Part shown: positions 35,704 to 44,510 of the stretch, piece by piece
Position numbering within the stretch: the first letter of the stretch is position 1
How the letters are laid out: each line of letters opens with the position of its first letter
Assembly: GCA_963829525.1 (NCBI GenBank)
Contig: CAWHIJ010000003.1
Location: 1,856,001 to 1,920,000 of the forward strand
From: an uncultured Actinomycetota bacterium
GTDB taxonomy: Bacteria > Actinomycetota > Actinomycetes > JAHEKZ01
Direction: 5' to 3'
Length of the DNA stretch: 64,000 nucleotides
Program-made: the position numbers and the translations under genes
The notes under the pieces: generated by a model
What the model saw: only the letters and a program-made list of their open reading frames with translations
The model's database searches: none
What the model was told of the DNA's origin: nothing

Positions 35704-36081
35704 GCGGACCTGCCCCCAGTGCCCATTCACGAGCGCCTGGGCATCTCTGTGGTGAGCGCCACTGCAAAAGAGGTGATCGGAACGCTGCCGGTCGCCGGCA
35801 ACGAGCAGCCCTTCGGCTCGCTGCACGGCGGCGCGTCGGTGGTTCTCGCAGAGAGCTTGGCGTCCATCGGATCGGCACTCCACGCCGGTCCAGGGCACAG
35901 CGTCGTCGGCATCGAGGTCAATGCGACGCACCACCGCGCAGCACGGTCGGGTGAGGTAACCGGGCGGGCTCTTCCGCTCCACCTGGGTCGCCGGATCGCT
36001 ACGTGGCAGGTGGAGATACGCGACGAAGAGGAGAAGCTGACCTGCACGGCACGAGTGACCTGCCTGCTCACGCCCCCGTAG
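35698..36081 (+). CDS. PaaI/hotdog-fold thioesterase
   Basis: NEQPFGSLHGGASVVLAE, VGIEVNATH, HLGRR; divergent from polA. Confidence 0.9.
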   Translation: MTADLPPVPIHERLGISVVSATAKEVIGTLPVAGNEQPFGSLHGGASVVLAESLASIGSALHAGPGHSVVGIEVNATHHRAARSGEVTGRALPLHLGRRIATWQVEIRDEEEKLTCTARVTCLLTPP

Positions 36082-36093
36082 CGGTCCTCCAGT

Positions 36094-36633
36094 TCAAGAA
36101 CGCCTCAGCCGGCGACGTCGCTCCGCGCGGCCGAGCTCGCCGGCCAACCGCTTCTGCAGGGCAGAGGTGGCGATCGCCCGTCGCATGACCAGCGGGCTGA
36201 AGCCGAGCCTTGCGAAGAACCTGTTGCTCTCGCGCGCTCCTGGGAAGACTCCGACGGTCACATAATCCGCGCCAACGTCCGATGCGAACTCCGTGGCCGC
36301 CGAGACGATGGCACGTCCGACTCCACGGCGTCGCCGGTCGTCCCGAACGTGCATGAAGGAAATCTGCACCGACTCGACATCGCTGATCGGCGTAACGGGC
36401 AACCGGCTCAGCACCGCGAGCCCTACGACCACCTCGTCGATCTCGGCAACGATGACCCGGTGCGCCGGATCAGTCCGAAGCGACTCCAACCGGTCACGAA
36501 TCGCCACGGCCGACGCTGGAGGGCCGAACGGGCCGACCCGCCCGCCTTGGCCACGCAGCTCGTCCCAAAGCTCGACGATCGCCAACACGTCGTCTTCGGT
36601 CGCTTCGCGGGTGCGAACGGTCACTGCGGACAT
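36094..36633 (-). CDS. GNAT family N-acetyltransferase
   Basis: VRDDRRRRGVG acetyl-CoA motif A; NRFFARLGF. Confidence 0.85.
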   Translation of the reverse strand: MSAVTVRTREATEDDVLAIVELWDELRGQGGRVGPFGPPASAVAIRDRLESLRTDPAHRVIVAEIDEVVVGLAVLSRLPVTPISDVESVQISFMHVRDDRRRRGVGRAIVSAATEFASDVGADYVTVGVFPGARESNRFFARLGFSPLVMRRAIATSALQKRLAGELGRAERRRRLRRS

Positions 36634-36790
36634 GACGGCTTCAGGGCTCCTCGGATCGGTTCGCTGCTGATCGACGTCCCGGACGCCTCTGGCGGCTACG
36701 CTCCCCCGTGGCCTCCTTCAGCGTAGCCGCTCGAGCCGGAGCGCTGATCTATCTCACCGCTGTTGTCAGGTAACGCGTGAAGGAGGCGCC

Positions 36791-37543
36791 GTGCTGGGCC
36801 TGGGTACGCTTCTCAACGTCGTGGCCGTCGTTCTCGGTGGGACCGTCGGCACATTGTTGGGCGACCGGCTTCCCGCACGCGTGCGCGACGTGGTCACTGA
36901 CGGCCTCGGCCTGGTCACCCTGATGGTGGGTGGCCTGAATGCAGCTGCGGTTCTCGATCCGACCCTCGAGGACGAAGTCAGCCGCGGCGTGCCGATTCTC
37001 ATTGTGCTCGCCTCGGTCGTGATCGGCGGTGTGATCGGCGCCTCCCTCCGACTCGAGGCCCGGCTGGAGGGGCTCGGCGCCATCCTGCAACGTCGACTCG
37101 CAGGCGGGCAGGGCTCACCGGAGAGACGCCGTCGCTTCATCGAGGGCTACGTCACAGCATCGTTGGTGTTCTGCGTAGGCCCGCTGACAATTCTAGGTTC
37201 CCTGCAGGACGGGATCGGAGACGGAATCGAGCTGTTGGCCCTGAAGTCGGTGCTCGACGGCTTCGCCGCCCTCGCCTTCGCGGCTTCGCTCGGGTGGGGT
37301 GTCGTCGCGTCCGCTCTCACTGTTCTGGTGTTTCAGGGCGCGCTCACTCTGCTCGGGGCCGTGGTGGGTGAGGTGATGACCGATGGCCAGGTCGCGGCCC
37401 TGACGGCAACCGGCGGAGTGCTGCTCCTCGGTGTGGGGCTGCGTCTGCTCAGGATCAAGCAGTTGCCGGTTGGAGACCTGCTTCCAGCACTGCTCGTCGC
37501 CCCCTTGCTCACGGCCCTGCTCGGAACATTTCTCGATTCGTGA
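36791..37543 (+). CDS. DUF554 family membrane protein
   Basis: GTLLNVVAV..GG, FIEGYVTASLVFCVGPLTILGS, KSVLDG; AAGGAGG RBS. Confidence 0.88.
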   Translation: MLGLGTLLNVVAVVLGGTVGTLLGDRLPARVRDVVTDGLGLVTLMVGGLNAAAVLDPTLEDEVSRGVPILIVLASVVIGGVIGASLRLEARLEGLGAILQRRLAGGQGSPERRRRFIEGYVTASLVFCVGPLTILGSLQDGIGDGIELLALKSVLDGFAALAFAASLGWGVVASALTVLVFQGALTLLGAVVGEVMTDGQVAALTATGGVLLLGVGLRLLRIKQLPVGDLLPALLVAPLLTALLGTFLDS

Positions 37544-37652
37544 CCCCGAACAGGTGCCACTTCGGTCGTCCCGTGACTATGCTCCGCAGCGACCGATAGG
37601 CGCAGAGTGTCGTTCCTAACGGTCAGCCACACCACGCGAGGGAGTCCTGAGA

Positions 37653-38942
37653 GTGGTCCACTGGTCGGTCACGCGCATCATCGCCCTCGTTGTCGCCTGC
37701 GTCGGAATTCTCGGTGGAGCCGTAGCCGTCGCGAGTGCGGCGCAGGCCGCCGAGGATCAGCCGACCGGAACTATTCAAGGGTTTCTACGCGACCTCGCCG
37801 GAAACCCAGTAGCAGGCGTCGACGTAACCGCAACGGACGCTGAAGGCTTCTCCGGAGTCGGCACCAGCGACGAGGCAGGGCGATGGGAGATCGAGGTTCC
37901 TGGACCGGGCACCTACACCGTAGAACTTGATGAGGGGACCCTTCCCGACGGTGCGGCGCCGCCGACCATCAACCCCATCGAGGGCGTGGAGGTGACGGGG
38001 TCAACACGTACGGTGCTCTTCACCCTTGGCGCACGCGATCGCAACCTCACCAGCAAGTGGGACCAAGCGGCGCAGTTGAGTTTCGAAGGTTTGCGTTTCG
38101 GCCTCATCATCGCGCTTGCTGCCGTTGGGCTTTCACTCATCTACGGGACAACGGGGCTGACGAACTTCGCGCACGGCGAGATCATCACATTCGGCGCCAT
38201 CATCACGTGGTGGATGAATGTCACCCTGGGAATTCCCTTCGTCATCGCGGCGATCTTGGGCATCGTGTTGTCAGGGGCGTTCGGCTTCGTCAACGACCAG
38301 GCCTTGTGGAAACCTCTGCGTAAACGGCAGACCGGCCTGATCGCGATGATGATCGTCTCGATTGGTTTGGCCCTCGCCCTGCAGAACATCTTCTTGATCT
38401 TCTTCGGAGGCGCAAGTAGACCCTTCGGGGCTTTTGAGACCCAGGCTGGCATCGAGATGGGGCCGGTCAGCCTGACCCCCAAGGACATGGCGGCGATGAT
38501 CATCGCCGCCATCGTCCTCACCCTTGCTGGACTTGCCTTGCTCAAGACCCGGCTGGGCAAGGCAACAAGGGCGGTCTCCGACAATCCCGCGTTGGCGGCG
38601 TCGAGCGGCATCGATGTCGAGCGGGTGATCCTCGTCGTCTGGGTCGTCGGTGCAGCCCTGGCCGGACTCGGAGGCATCCTGCAAGGGCTCACCCAGCAAG
38701 TCTTCCCCCTGCTCGGAGCCCAGAGCCTGCTGCTCATCTTCGCGGCAGTCACGCTGGGCGGACTGGGGACGGCGTTCGGTGCTCTTGTCGGCAGCATCTT
38801 GGTCGGGCTCTTCATCAACCTCTCCACCTTGATCCCAGGAATGACCCCAGAACTGAAGAACGTCGGTGCCCTGCTACTGCTCATCGTTGTGCTCATGGTT
38901 CGGCCACAGGGAATCCTGGGTCGACGGAGCAGGGTCGGCTGA
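37653..38942 (+). CDS. Branched-chain amino acid ABC permease (LivH-like) with an extracellular N-terminal beta-sandwich domain
   Basis: GLSLIYGTTGLTNFAHGE, TRLGKATRAVSDN, RPQGILG. Preceded by a signal peptide and about 100 aa resembling a carboxypeptidase-regulatory-like domain. Confidence 0.88.
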   Translation: MVHWSVTRIIALVVACVGILGGAVAVASAAQAAEDQPTGTIQGFLRDLAGNPVAGVDVTATDAEGFSGVGTSDEAGRWEIEVPGPGTYTVELDEGTLPDGAAPPTINPIEGVEVTGSTRTVLFTLGARDRNLTSKWDQAAQLSFEGLRFGLIIALAAVGLSLIYGTTGLTNFAHGEIITFGAIITWWMNVTLGIPFVIAAILGIVLSGAFGFVNDQALWKPLRKRQTGLIAMMIVSIGLALALQNIFLIFFGGASRPFGAFETQAGIEMGPVSLTPKDMAAMIIAAIVLTLAGLALLKTRLGKATRAVSDNPALAASSGIDVERVILVVWVVGAALAGLGGILQGLTQQVFPLLGAQSLLLIFAAVTLGGLGTAFGALVGSILVGLFINLSTLIPGMTPELKNVGALLLLIVVLMVRPQGILGRRSRVG

Positions 38943-38952
38943 GGAGGCCACT

Positions 38953-39942
38953 ATGGACTGGCAATTCATCTTCACAGCGTCGGTCTCCTACGCACTCGGC
39001 GCCCTGACGGTGGCCTACTGCTTGGCCGCCATCGGGCTCAACCTGCAGTTCGGCTACACAGGTCTGCTCAACTTCGGCCAGGCGGCCTTTCTCGCTGCAG
39101 CTGGGTACGGCATGGCCGTCATGGTCACAACATTCGAGCTCTCCTTCTGGGTCGGCATCACTGTTGGCCTGATCGCGACGATCGTGCTGGCCCTCCTCCT
39201 CGGGCTTCCCACTCTGCGACTCCGCGCCGACTACCTTGCGATCGTGACGATTGCCGCTGCCGAGGTCGTCCGACTGATTGTGCGATCAGTGAAGTTCAAG
39301 GAGACTCTGGGCGGCTCCGACGGCTTGCAGCAGTTCGCCAACCGATTCTACGAGTTGAGCCCGCTCTCGGACACCTTCCGTATCGACTTCGGTCCGTTCC
39401 TGTTCAGCAACCAAGAACTCTGGGTCATGATCGTGGGTTGGTCCCTCGTCGCGTTGTTCTCACTCGTCACTTTCTTGCTGGCGCGCAGCCCCTGGGGCCG
39501 CATTCTCAAGGGCATCCGCGAGGACGAGGACGCGGTGCGCAGCCTTGGGAAGAACGTCTACTGGTACAAGATGCAAGCGCTGATTCTCGGTGCGTTGATG
39601 GCAGGCTTCGGTGGCTTCATCATCGGGATATTCTTCAACGCTGTTTCGCCGGACATCTACGCAACCGCACTTACCTTCGCCATCTACACGATCCTGATTT
39701 TGGGCGGTGCGGCCCGCGTCGCCGGACCCATTCTGGGTGCCATCCTCTTCGGTTTCCTCTTTCAATTCGTCAACGTCACGCTCAGTGAGGCCGTCAATGC
39801 TGACGTCATCACCTTCCTGGACTCGAGCCAGACCGCTCAGGTTCGGCTGGTTCTCGTCGGCATTGGCCTGATGTTGTTGATGATCTACCGTCCACAAGGA
39901 ATTCTCGGAGACCGGAGGGAGATCGCACTTGATGCCCGCTGA
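38953..39942 (+). CDS. Branched-chain amino acid ABC permease (LivM-like)
   Basis: GLNLQFGYTGLLNFGQ, LRLRADYLAIVT, SPWGRILKGIREDE. Confidence 0.92.
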   Translation: MDWQFIFTASVSYALGALTVAYCLAAIGLNLQFGYTGLLNFGQAAFLAAAGYGMAVMVTTFELSFWVGITVGLIATIVLALLLGLPTLRLRADYLAIVTIAAAEVVRLIVRSVKFKETLGGSDGLQQFANRFYELSPLSDTFRIDFGPFLFSNQELWVMIVGWSLVALFSLVTFLLARSPWGRILKGIREDEDAVRSLGKNVYWYKMQALILGALMAGFGGFIIGIFFNAVSPDIYATALTFAIYTILILGGAARVAGPILGAILFGFLFQFVNVTLSEAVNADVITFLDSSQTAQVRLVLVGIGLMLLMIYRPQGILGDRREIALDAR

Positions 39943-40897
39943 CACCGAGGGCGCTGCCGCCCTTGCCGCCGAGACGACTTCGCGTAAGGAGGCGGCCACG
40001 GCTGCGCTTGCCGACGTCGCGAGAGAACCTGGGGCCGCAAAGCCGGACCCTGTCTTGATAGCCGACGGCATTGTGCGCCGGTTCGGCGGCCTGACTGCTG
40101 TCAACGTCGACCACGTCGAGGTTCAGCGTGGAGCAATCACCGCGCTGATCGGACCGAACGGCGCCGGCAAGACGACCTTCTTCAACCTGCTGACCGGGTT
40201 CGACAAGCCCGACGAAGGCACGTGGTCGTTCAACGAGAATTCATTGAACGGTGTAGCTCCTTACAAGGTCGCTCGGATGGGAATGGTTCGTACCTTCCAG
40301 CTCACCAAGGTGCTCTCCAAGCTCACCGTCATCGAGAACATGCGTCTGGGCGCCACGGGACAACGAGGCGAAAGACTCTTCTTCGGGCTCATCCCGCCGC
40401 TTTGGCGCAGCCAGGAACGCTCTATTACCGAACGCGCCGACGACCTCCTCGCTCGCTTCAAGCTTGATGCGAAGCGACAGGACTTTGCCGGCTCGCTCTC
40501 AGGTGGTCAGCGCAAACTACTGGAGATGGCGCGGGCTCTCATGGTCGAGCCTGAGCTCGTCATGCTCGACGAGCCGATGGCTGGCGTGAACCCGGCCCTG
40601 ACCCAGTCACTGCTGGGGCACGTCAAAGACCTTCGCGAGCAGGGCATGACGGTGCTCTTCGTCGAGCACGACATGGACATGGTTCGCGATATCTCCGACT
40701 GGGTCATTGTCATGGCCCAAGGCGCCATCATCGCCGAGGGCCCGCCACTTGAAGTGATGTCCGATCAGCGCGTCATCGATGCCTACCTCGGAGCCCACCA
40801 CGACCTGTCTCTGGCCGAGGTCGCGGAGGAAGTCGGCATCGACGCCCCGGAACTCTTGGACACCGACGGACCCTCCAGCCCTAAGGACGCGTCGTGA
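39932..40897 (+). CDS. ABC ATP-binding protein (LivG-like)
   Basis: FGGLTAV, GPNGAGKTT, RTFQ, LSGGQ, LDEPMAG, VEHDM, AYLG. Confidence 0.92.
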   Translation: MPADTEGAAALAAETTSRKEAATAALADVAREPGAAKPDPVLIADGIVRRFGGLTAVNVDHVEVQRGAITALIGPNGAGKTTFFNLLTGFDKPDEGTWSFNENSLNGVAPYKVARMGMVRTFQLTKVLSKLTVIENMRLGATGQRGERLFFGLIPPLWRSQERSITERADDLLARFKLDAKRQDFAGSLSGGQRKLLEMARALMVEPELVMLDEPMAGVNPALTQSLLGHVKDLREQGMTVLFVEHDMDMVRDISDWVIVMAQGAIIAEGPPLEVMSDQRVIDAYLGAHHDLSLAEVAEEVGIDAPELLDTDGPSSPKDAS

Positions 40898-41730
40898 GCG
40901 ACCAGATCCCGTCTCCCGGCGAAAAGAACCGCGAAGAGGCGCAACTGCTCTCAGACCGAGACAGCAGCTCCGCCCCAATCGACCGGTCAGCCCACCTCGA
41001 GGGTGCCTCCGACTCACTGGTCGTCGCCGACGACCTCATCGCCGGTTACATACCTGGGGTGAACATCCTCAACGGGTGTGACCTGTATGCCAAGCGGGGC
41101 GAGCTCGTGGGCATCATCGGCCCGAACGGTGCGGGAAAGTCAACACTACTCAAGGCGCTCTTTGGCCTGGTGAACGTTCGCTCGGGAAGCGTGACCCTCG
41201 ACGGGCAGGACATCACCAACGTCAAGCCGAACAAGCTGGTCAGCCAGGGGATCGGCTTCGTCCCCCAGAACAACAACGTGTTTCCCAGCTTGACCATCGA
41301 GGAGAACCTACAGATGGGCGCCTTTCAGGCGCCCGGCAAGTTCAAAGAGCGCTTCGAGTTCGTCGCTTCACTCTTCCCTGCCCTGGCTGACCGTCGAAAG
41401 CAGCCAGCTGGCTCACTCTCGGGCGGCGAACGCCAGATGGTCGCCATGAGCCGAGCGCTCATGATGGACCCTTCAGTGATCTTGCTGGACGAGCCGTCGG
41501 CTGGCCTGTCCCCCGTGCTTCAAGACGACGTTTTCATCCGCACCAAGCAGATCAATGCGGCTGGAGTCACGGTCATCATGGTCGAGCAGAACGCCAGCCG
41601 ATGCTTGCAGATCTGTGACCGCGGCTACGTGCTTGACCAAGGTCGCAACGCCTACACGGGCAGCGGCACCTCGTTGCTCAAGGACCCGAAGGTGATTGAG
41701 CTCTACCTCGGTACCCTTGCCAAGACCTGA
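40894..41730 (+). CDS. ABC ATP-binding protein (LivF-like)
   Basis: GPNGAGKST, VPQNNNVF, LSGGERQM, LDEPSAGL, VEQNA, LYLG. Confidence 0.92.
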   Translation: MSDQIPSPGEKNREEAQLLSDRDSSSAPIDRSAHLEGASDSLVVADDLIAGYIPGVNILNGCDLYAKRGELVGIIGPNGAGKSTLLKALFGLVNVRSGSVTLDGQDITNVKPNKLVSQGIGFVPQNNNVFPSLTIEENLQMGAFQAPGKFKERFEFVASLFPALADRRKQPAGSLSGGERQMVAMSRALMMDPSVILLDEPSAGLSPVLQDDVFIRTKQINAAGVTVIMVEQNASRCLQICDRGYVLDQGRNAYTGSGTSLLKDPKVIELYLGTLAKT

Positions 41731-41746
41731 CCGAGCCGAGACATGA

Positions 41747-41778
41747 AGAAGGGGCCCGGCGTCAGCCGGGCCCCTTCT
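41747..41778. terminator. Hairpin terminator between convergent livF-like and substrate-binding protein genes
   Basis: AGAAGGGGCCCGGC-GTCA-GCCGGGCCCCTTCT, a perfect 14-bp stem. Confidence 0.85.
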
Positions 41779-41797
41779 GTCGTTCGCTACTCGGTCA

Positions 41798-43165
41798 CTA
41801 GCTGTTCGGACCGATGCCCTGCTTGACGAGCTCGTCGACCACCTTGGCCGACTCGTCGAAACCAATCAGAACAATCGCGTCCGGGTCGAGAGCCTTGACT
41901 TGGCTGACCTCAGCGCTGAAGGACTGCGCAGTGGGGTCGTAGAAGATCGCCTTTTCAACGCTGTCTGGCTCAGTCACCACCGTGCCGCCACCCTCTTCGA
42001 ACGGGATGTTGGTGTACTTCGCCAAGCCCTCACCATAGGCATCCTGCAGCGACAGGATGGCCACGTTAGTGCGACCGTCCTCAAGCATGAGGTTCGCCAG
42101 AATGCGGCCCTGCAGCACGTCCGCGGGAGCGGTACGGAAGAAGAGCCCGCCGTCCTTGGCCGTGGTCAGGTCCGGCGAGGTGTTTGCCGGCGAGATCTGC
42201 AGAATGCCGGCATCAGTCACCTGCTTCAGCGTGTTGAGGCTGACGCTGGACGAGGCGGCACCGACGATGGCGTCGACACCCTTGTTGATGTGGCTCGCGA
42301 TGGTCTGCGCACCCTTCTCGAAGTTCGAAGAGTCGCTGGAGTCACCTGGGATCCACACGATCGGCTTGCCGAGCACGCCGCCCTCGTCGTTGATCTCGCC
42401 GATAGCGAGCTCGACGGCAGCAACCTCGGGCGGGCCGAGCGAGGCAAGTGATCCGGTCAGTGGCAGGTAGCCACCAATCTGGAGCTGCCCGTCAGCACCG
42501 TCGTTCTTCGTGTCGGTCAGCGCAGGCGGCGTGCCCTCGGTCGGAGCGACTGTGTCGTCGATGTAGGTCAGCGCTTCGCCGGGGGCGTTGTAACCAGGGA
42601 CGGTGTTCTGCGCGTCGTACTGGTAGATACCGATCGACGCCGAAGTCGGGTCACCGAACGAGTCGAACTCGATGGGTCCGGAGACACCGTCATAGTCGAT
42701 GTCCTCGCCCTGCTTGATCAGGTCGTTGCAGTCAGCGAACGTCGTGCACTTGGTGCCGTTGGCCGACACTTCCTGCATCTGCGCTGCCATGTCGCGACCA
42801 GCGTCAGACTTCGCCTGCTGGGCGGCAAGAGCGGTGACGATCACCGCGTCGTAGGACTCTGGTGAGTACGAGTAGCCGATCTTCTTCAGGCTCGGGTCCA
42901 CCTCGTTGAGGCGCGCCTTGAGCGTGTCGTCGATCTGAGCGCCGGGGAGCGTCCCCTTCACTCCCTCAAGAGTGCCTGGGGCAAGCTCACCCAGAGGGCC
43001 GTTACCCAGGTTGCCGTCGACGAGGTAGAGCGGCGTACCAGACGCAGCAGGTTCGGTGGCGGTGTCCGTGGTGTTTCCACCGTCGTCGCTGCCACAGGCG
43101 GCGAGCACAATGCCCGCAGCTCCAGCGACGGCGACCAGACGCCAGGTGGCGTTTGCTCGAATCAT
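41798..43165 (-). CDS. ABC substrate-binding lipoprotein (LivJ/LivK-type, type I periplasmic binding fold), circularly permuted
   Basis: LAAC lipobox. The usual N-terminal motif (LQIGGYLPLTGSLASLG..INDEGGVLG) lies at aa 228 onward, while the usual C-terminal motifs (ESYDA, IDYDGVSGPIEFD..GD, IGIYQY) lie at aa 100-185. Confidence 0.9.
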   Translation of the reverse strand: MIRANATWRLVAVAGAAGIVLAACGSDDGGNTTDTATEPAASGTPLYLVDGNLGNGPLGELAPGTLEGVKGTLPGAQIDDTLKARLNEVDPSLKKIGYSYSPESYDAVIVTALAAQQAKSDAGRDMAAQMQEVSANGTKCTTFADCNDLIKQGEDIDYDGVSGPIEFDSFGDPTSASIGIYQYDAQNTVPGYNAPGEALTYIDDTVAPTEGTPPALTDTKNDGADGQLQIGGYLPLTGSLASLGPPEVAAVELAIGEINDEGGVLGKPIVWIPGDSSDSSNFEKGAQTIASHINKGVDAIVGAASSSVSLNTLKQVTDAGILQISPANTSPDLTTAKDGGLFFRTAPADVLQGRILANLMLEDGRTNVAILSLQDAYGEGLAKYTNIPFEEGGGTVVTEPDSVEKAIFYDPTAQSFSAEVSQVKALDPDAIVLIGFDESAKVVDELVKQGIGPNS

Positions 43166-43417
43166 TCATCACTCCTTGCCGATCGGGCTAGATAGCCCAG
43201 GGCCCGGCGCTGTGGCCGGATGATGATCGAAAACTAGCCCCCGAAGGCGGTCAGCGCAGCCCGAGAAGGGCGTCTTGGGCCCGGTCGTTGCGGCATCGTG
43301 ACCTGCAAGTGACGTTCTGTCACCTTTCGCCGTGGAATCTCACCCGGTCCAGGCTCAGAACGATCGGGGGCTCATCAGTAGACTTCCGTCGCCCCGCCGG
43401 GAGGCGGGCTGTGCATT

Positions 43418-43499
43418 GCCCCGGTGGCGGAATTGGCAGACGCGGCGGATTCAAAATCCGTTGCCGAAAGGCATGAGGGTTCGAGTCCCTCCCGGGGCA
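43418..43499 (+). tRNA. tRNA-Leu(CAA), CCA end not encoded
   Basis: GCCCCGG/CCGGGGC acceptor stem; D-arm GGCGGAATTGGCAGACGC; anticodon arm GCGGA-TTCAAAA-TCCGT; long variable arm TGCCGAAAGGCA; T-loop GGTTCGAGTCC. Confidence 0.96.
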
Positions 43500-43512
43500 C
43501 CCTCAGGCGGGG

Positions 43513-43905
43513 TCAGGGAGCCGCGATGCGGCCCAGCACCCCGTTGACGAAGCCGGGTGACTCGTCGGTTGACAGCTCCTTGGCCAGTTCGACGGCCTCA
43601 TCGATGGCCACCGCAGGGGCGATGTCCGGCCCCCAGCGCAACTCAAAGGTGGCCAGCCGCAGCAGCGCCCGGTCGACAGCTGGCATCCGGTCCAGGCTCC
43701 AGTCGATGGCGTTCGCCTCGATCAACGCATCAATCTCCTCGGCATGCTCAACGACCCCCGAGACGAGGGCCTCGGTGTAGGCGTTGCGGGCCGGGTCCCC
43801 GCGCCCTGCGCGCTCGGCCAGAACCACGCTGACCGGCTCGCCCCGCTGATCAGCCTCAAAGAGGATGTCCAGCGCTCGCTTACGTGCTTTGTGTCGGGCT
43901 CCCAC
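43513..43905 (-). CDS. nusB: Transcription antitermination factor NusB
   Basis: ARHKARKRALDILFEAD, RMPAVDRALLR, IDEAVELAK, FVNGVL. Confidence 0.96.
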   Translation of the reverse strand: MGARHKARKRALDILFEADQRGEPVSVVLAERAGRGDPARNAYTEALVSGVVEHAEEIDALIEANAIDWSLDRMPAVDRALLRLATFELRWGPDIAPAVAIDEAVELAKELSTDESPGFVNGVLGRIAAP

Positions 43906-43908
43906 GGG

Positions 43909-44466
43909 TCAGGCGCGACCGAGGTAGCTGCCGTCGCGGGTGTCCACCCGGATCCGCTCTCCCTGGGTGATGAACAGCGGCACGCCGACCTCGAAGCCTG
44001 TCTCCAGGGTGGCTGGCTTGGTTCCACCAGTCGAACGGTCACCCTGCAGGCCCGGCTCGGTGTAGGTGATCTCAAGCTCGACGGCGGCCGGCAGCTCGAC
44101 ATAAAGGGCAATGCCCTCGTGAATCGCCACCGTGGCGTTCTGGCCCTCGAGCATGAAGTGGGAAGCGTCCCCCACCGTTTGCGCGGGAACGTGCAGCTGG
44201 TCGTAGGAGGCGGTGTCCATAAAGACGAAGTCCTCGCCGTCCTGGTACAGATACTGCATCTCTCGCTTGTCGACGCTAGCGGTCTCGACCTTCACGCCAG
44301 CATTGAACGTCTTGTCGACGACCTTTCCGGACAGAACGTTCTTGAGCTTGGTGCGGACGAAGGCACCGCCCTTGCCGGGCTTCACGTGCTGGAACTCGAT
44401 GACCGTCCAAAGTCCGCCATCGATATTGAGGACAAGACCGTTCTTGAGGTCGTTTGTGGTGGCCAC
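43909..44466 (-). CDS. efp: Elongation factor P
   Basis: [40 protein letters not shown]. Confidence 0.98.
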   Translation of the reverse strand: MATTNDLKNGLVLNIDGGLWTVIEFQHVKPGKGGAFVRTKLKNVLSGKVVDKTFNAGVKVETASVDKREMQYLYQDGEDFVFMDTASYDQLHVPAQTVGDASHFMLEGQNATVAIHEGIALYVELPAAVELEITYTEPGLQGDRSTGGTKPATLETGFEVGVPLFITQGERIRVDTRDGSYLGRA

Positions 44467-44510
44467 AGCGCGTTCGTCTCCTCGATGAGGGTTCTGGCCG
44501 AGCGACGCGC

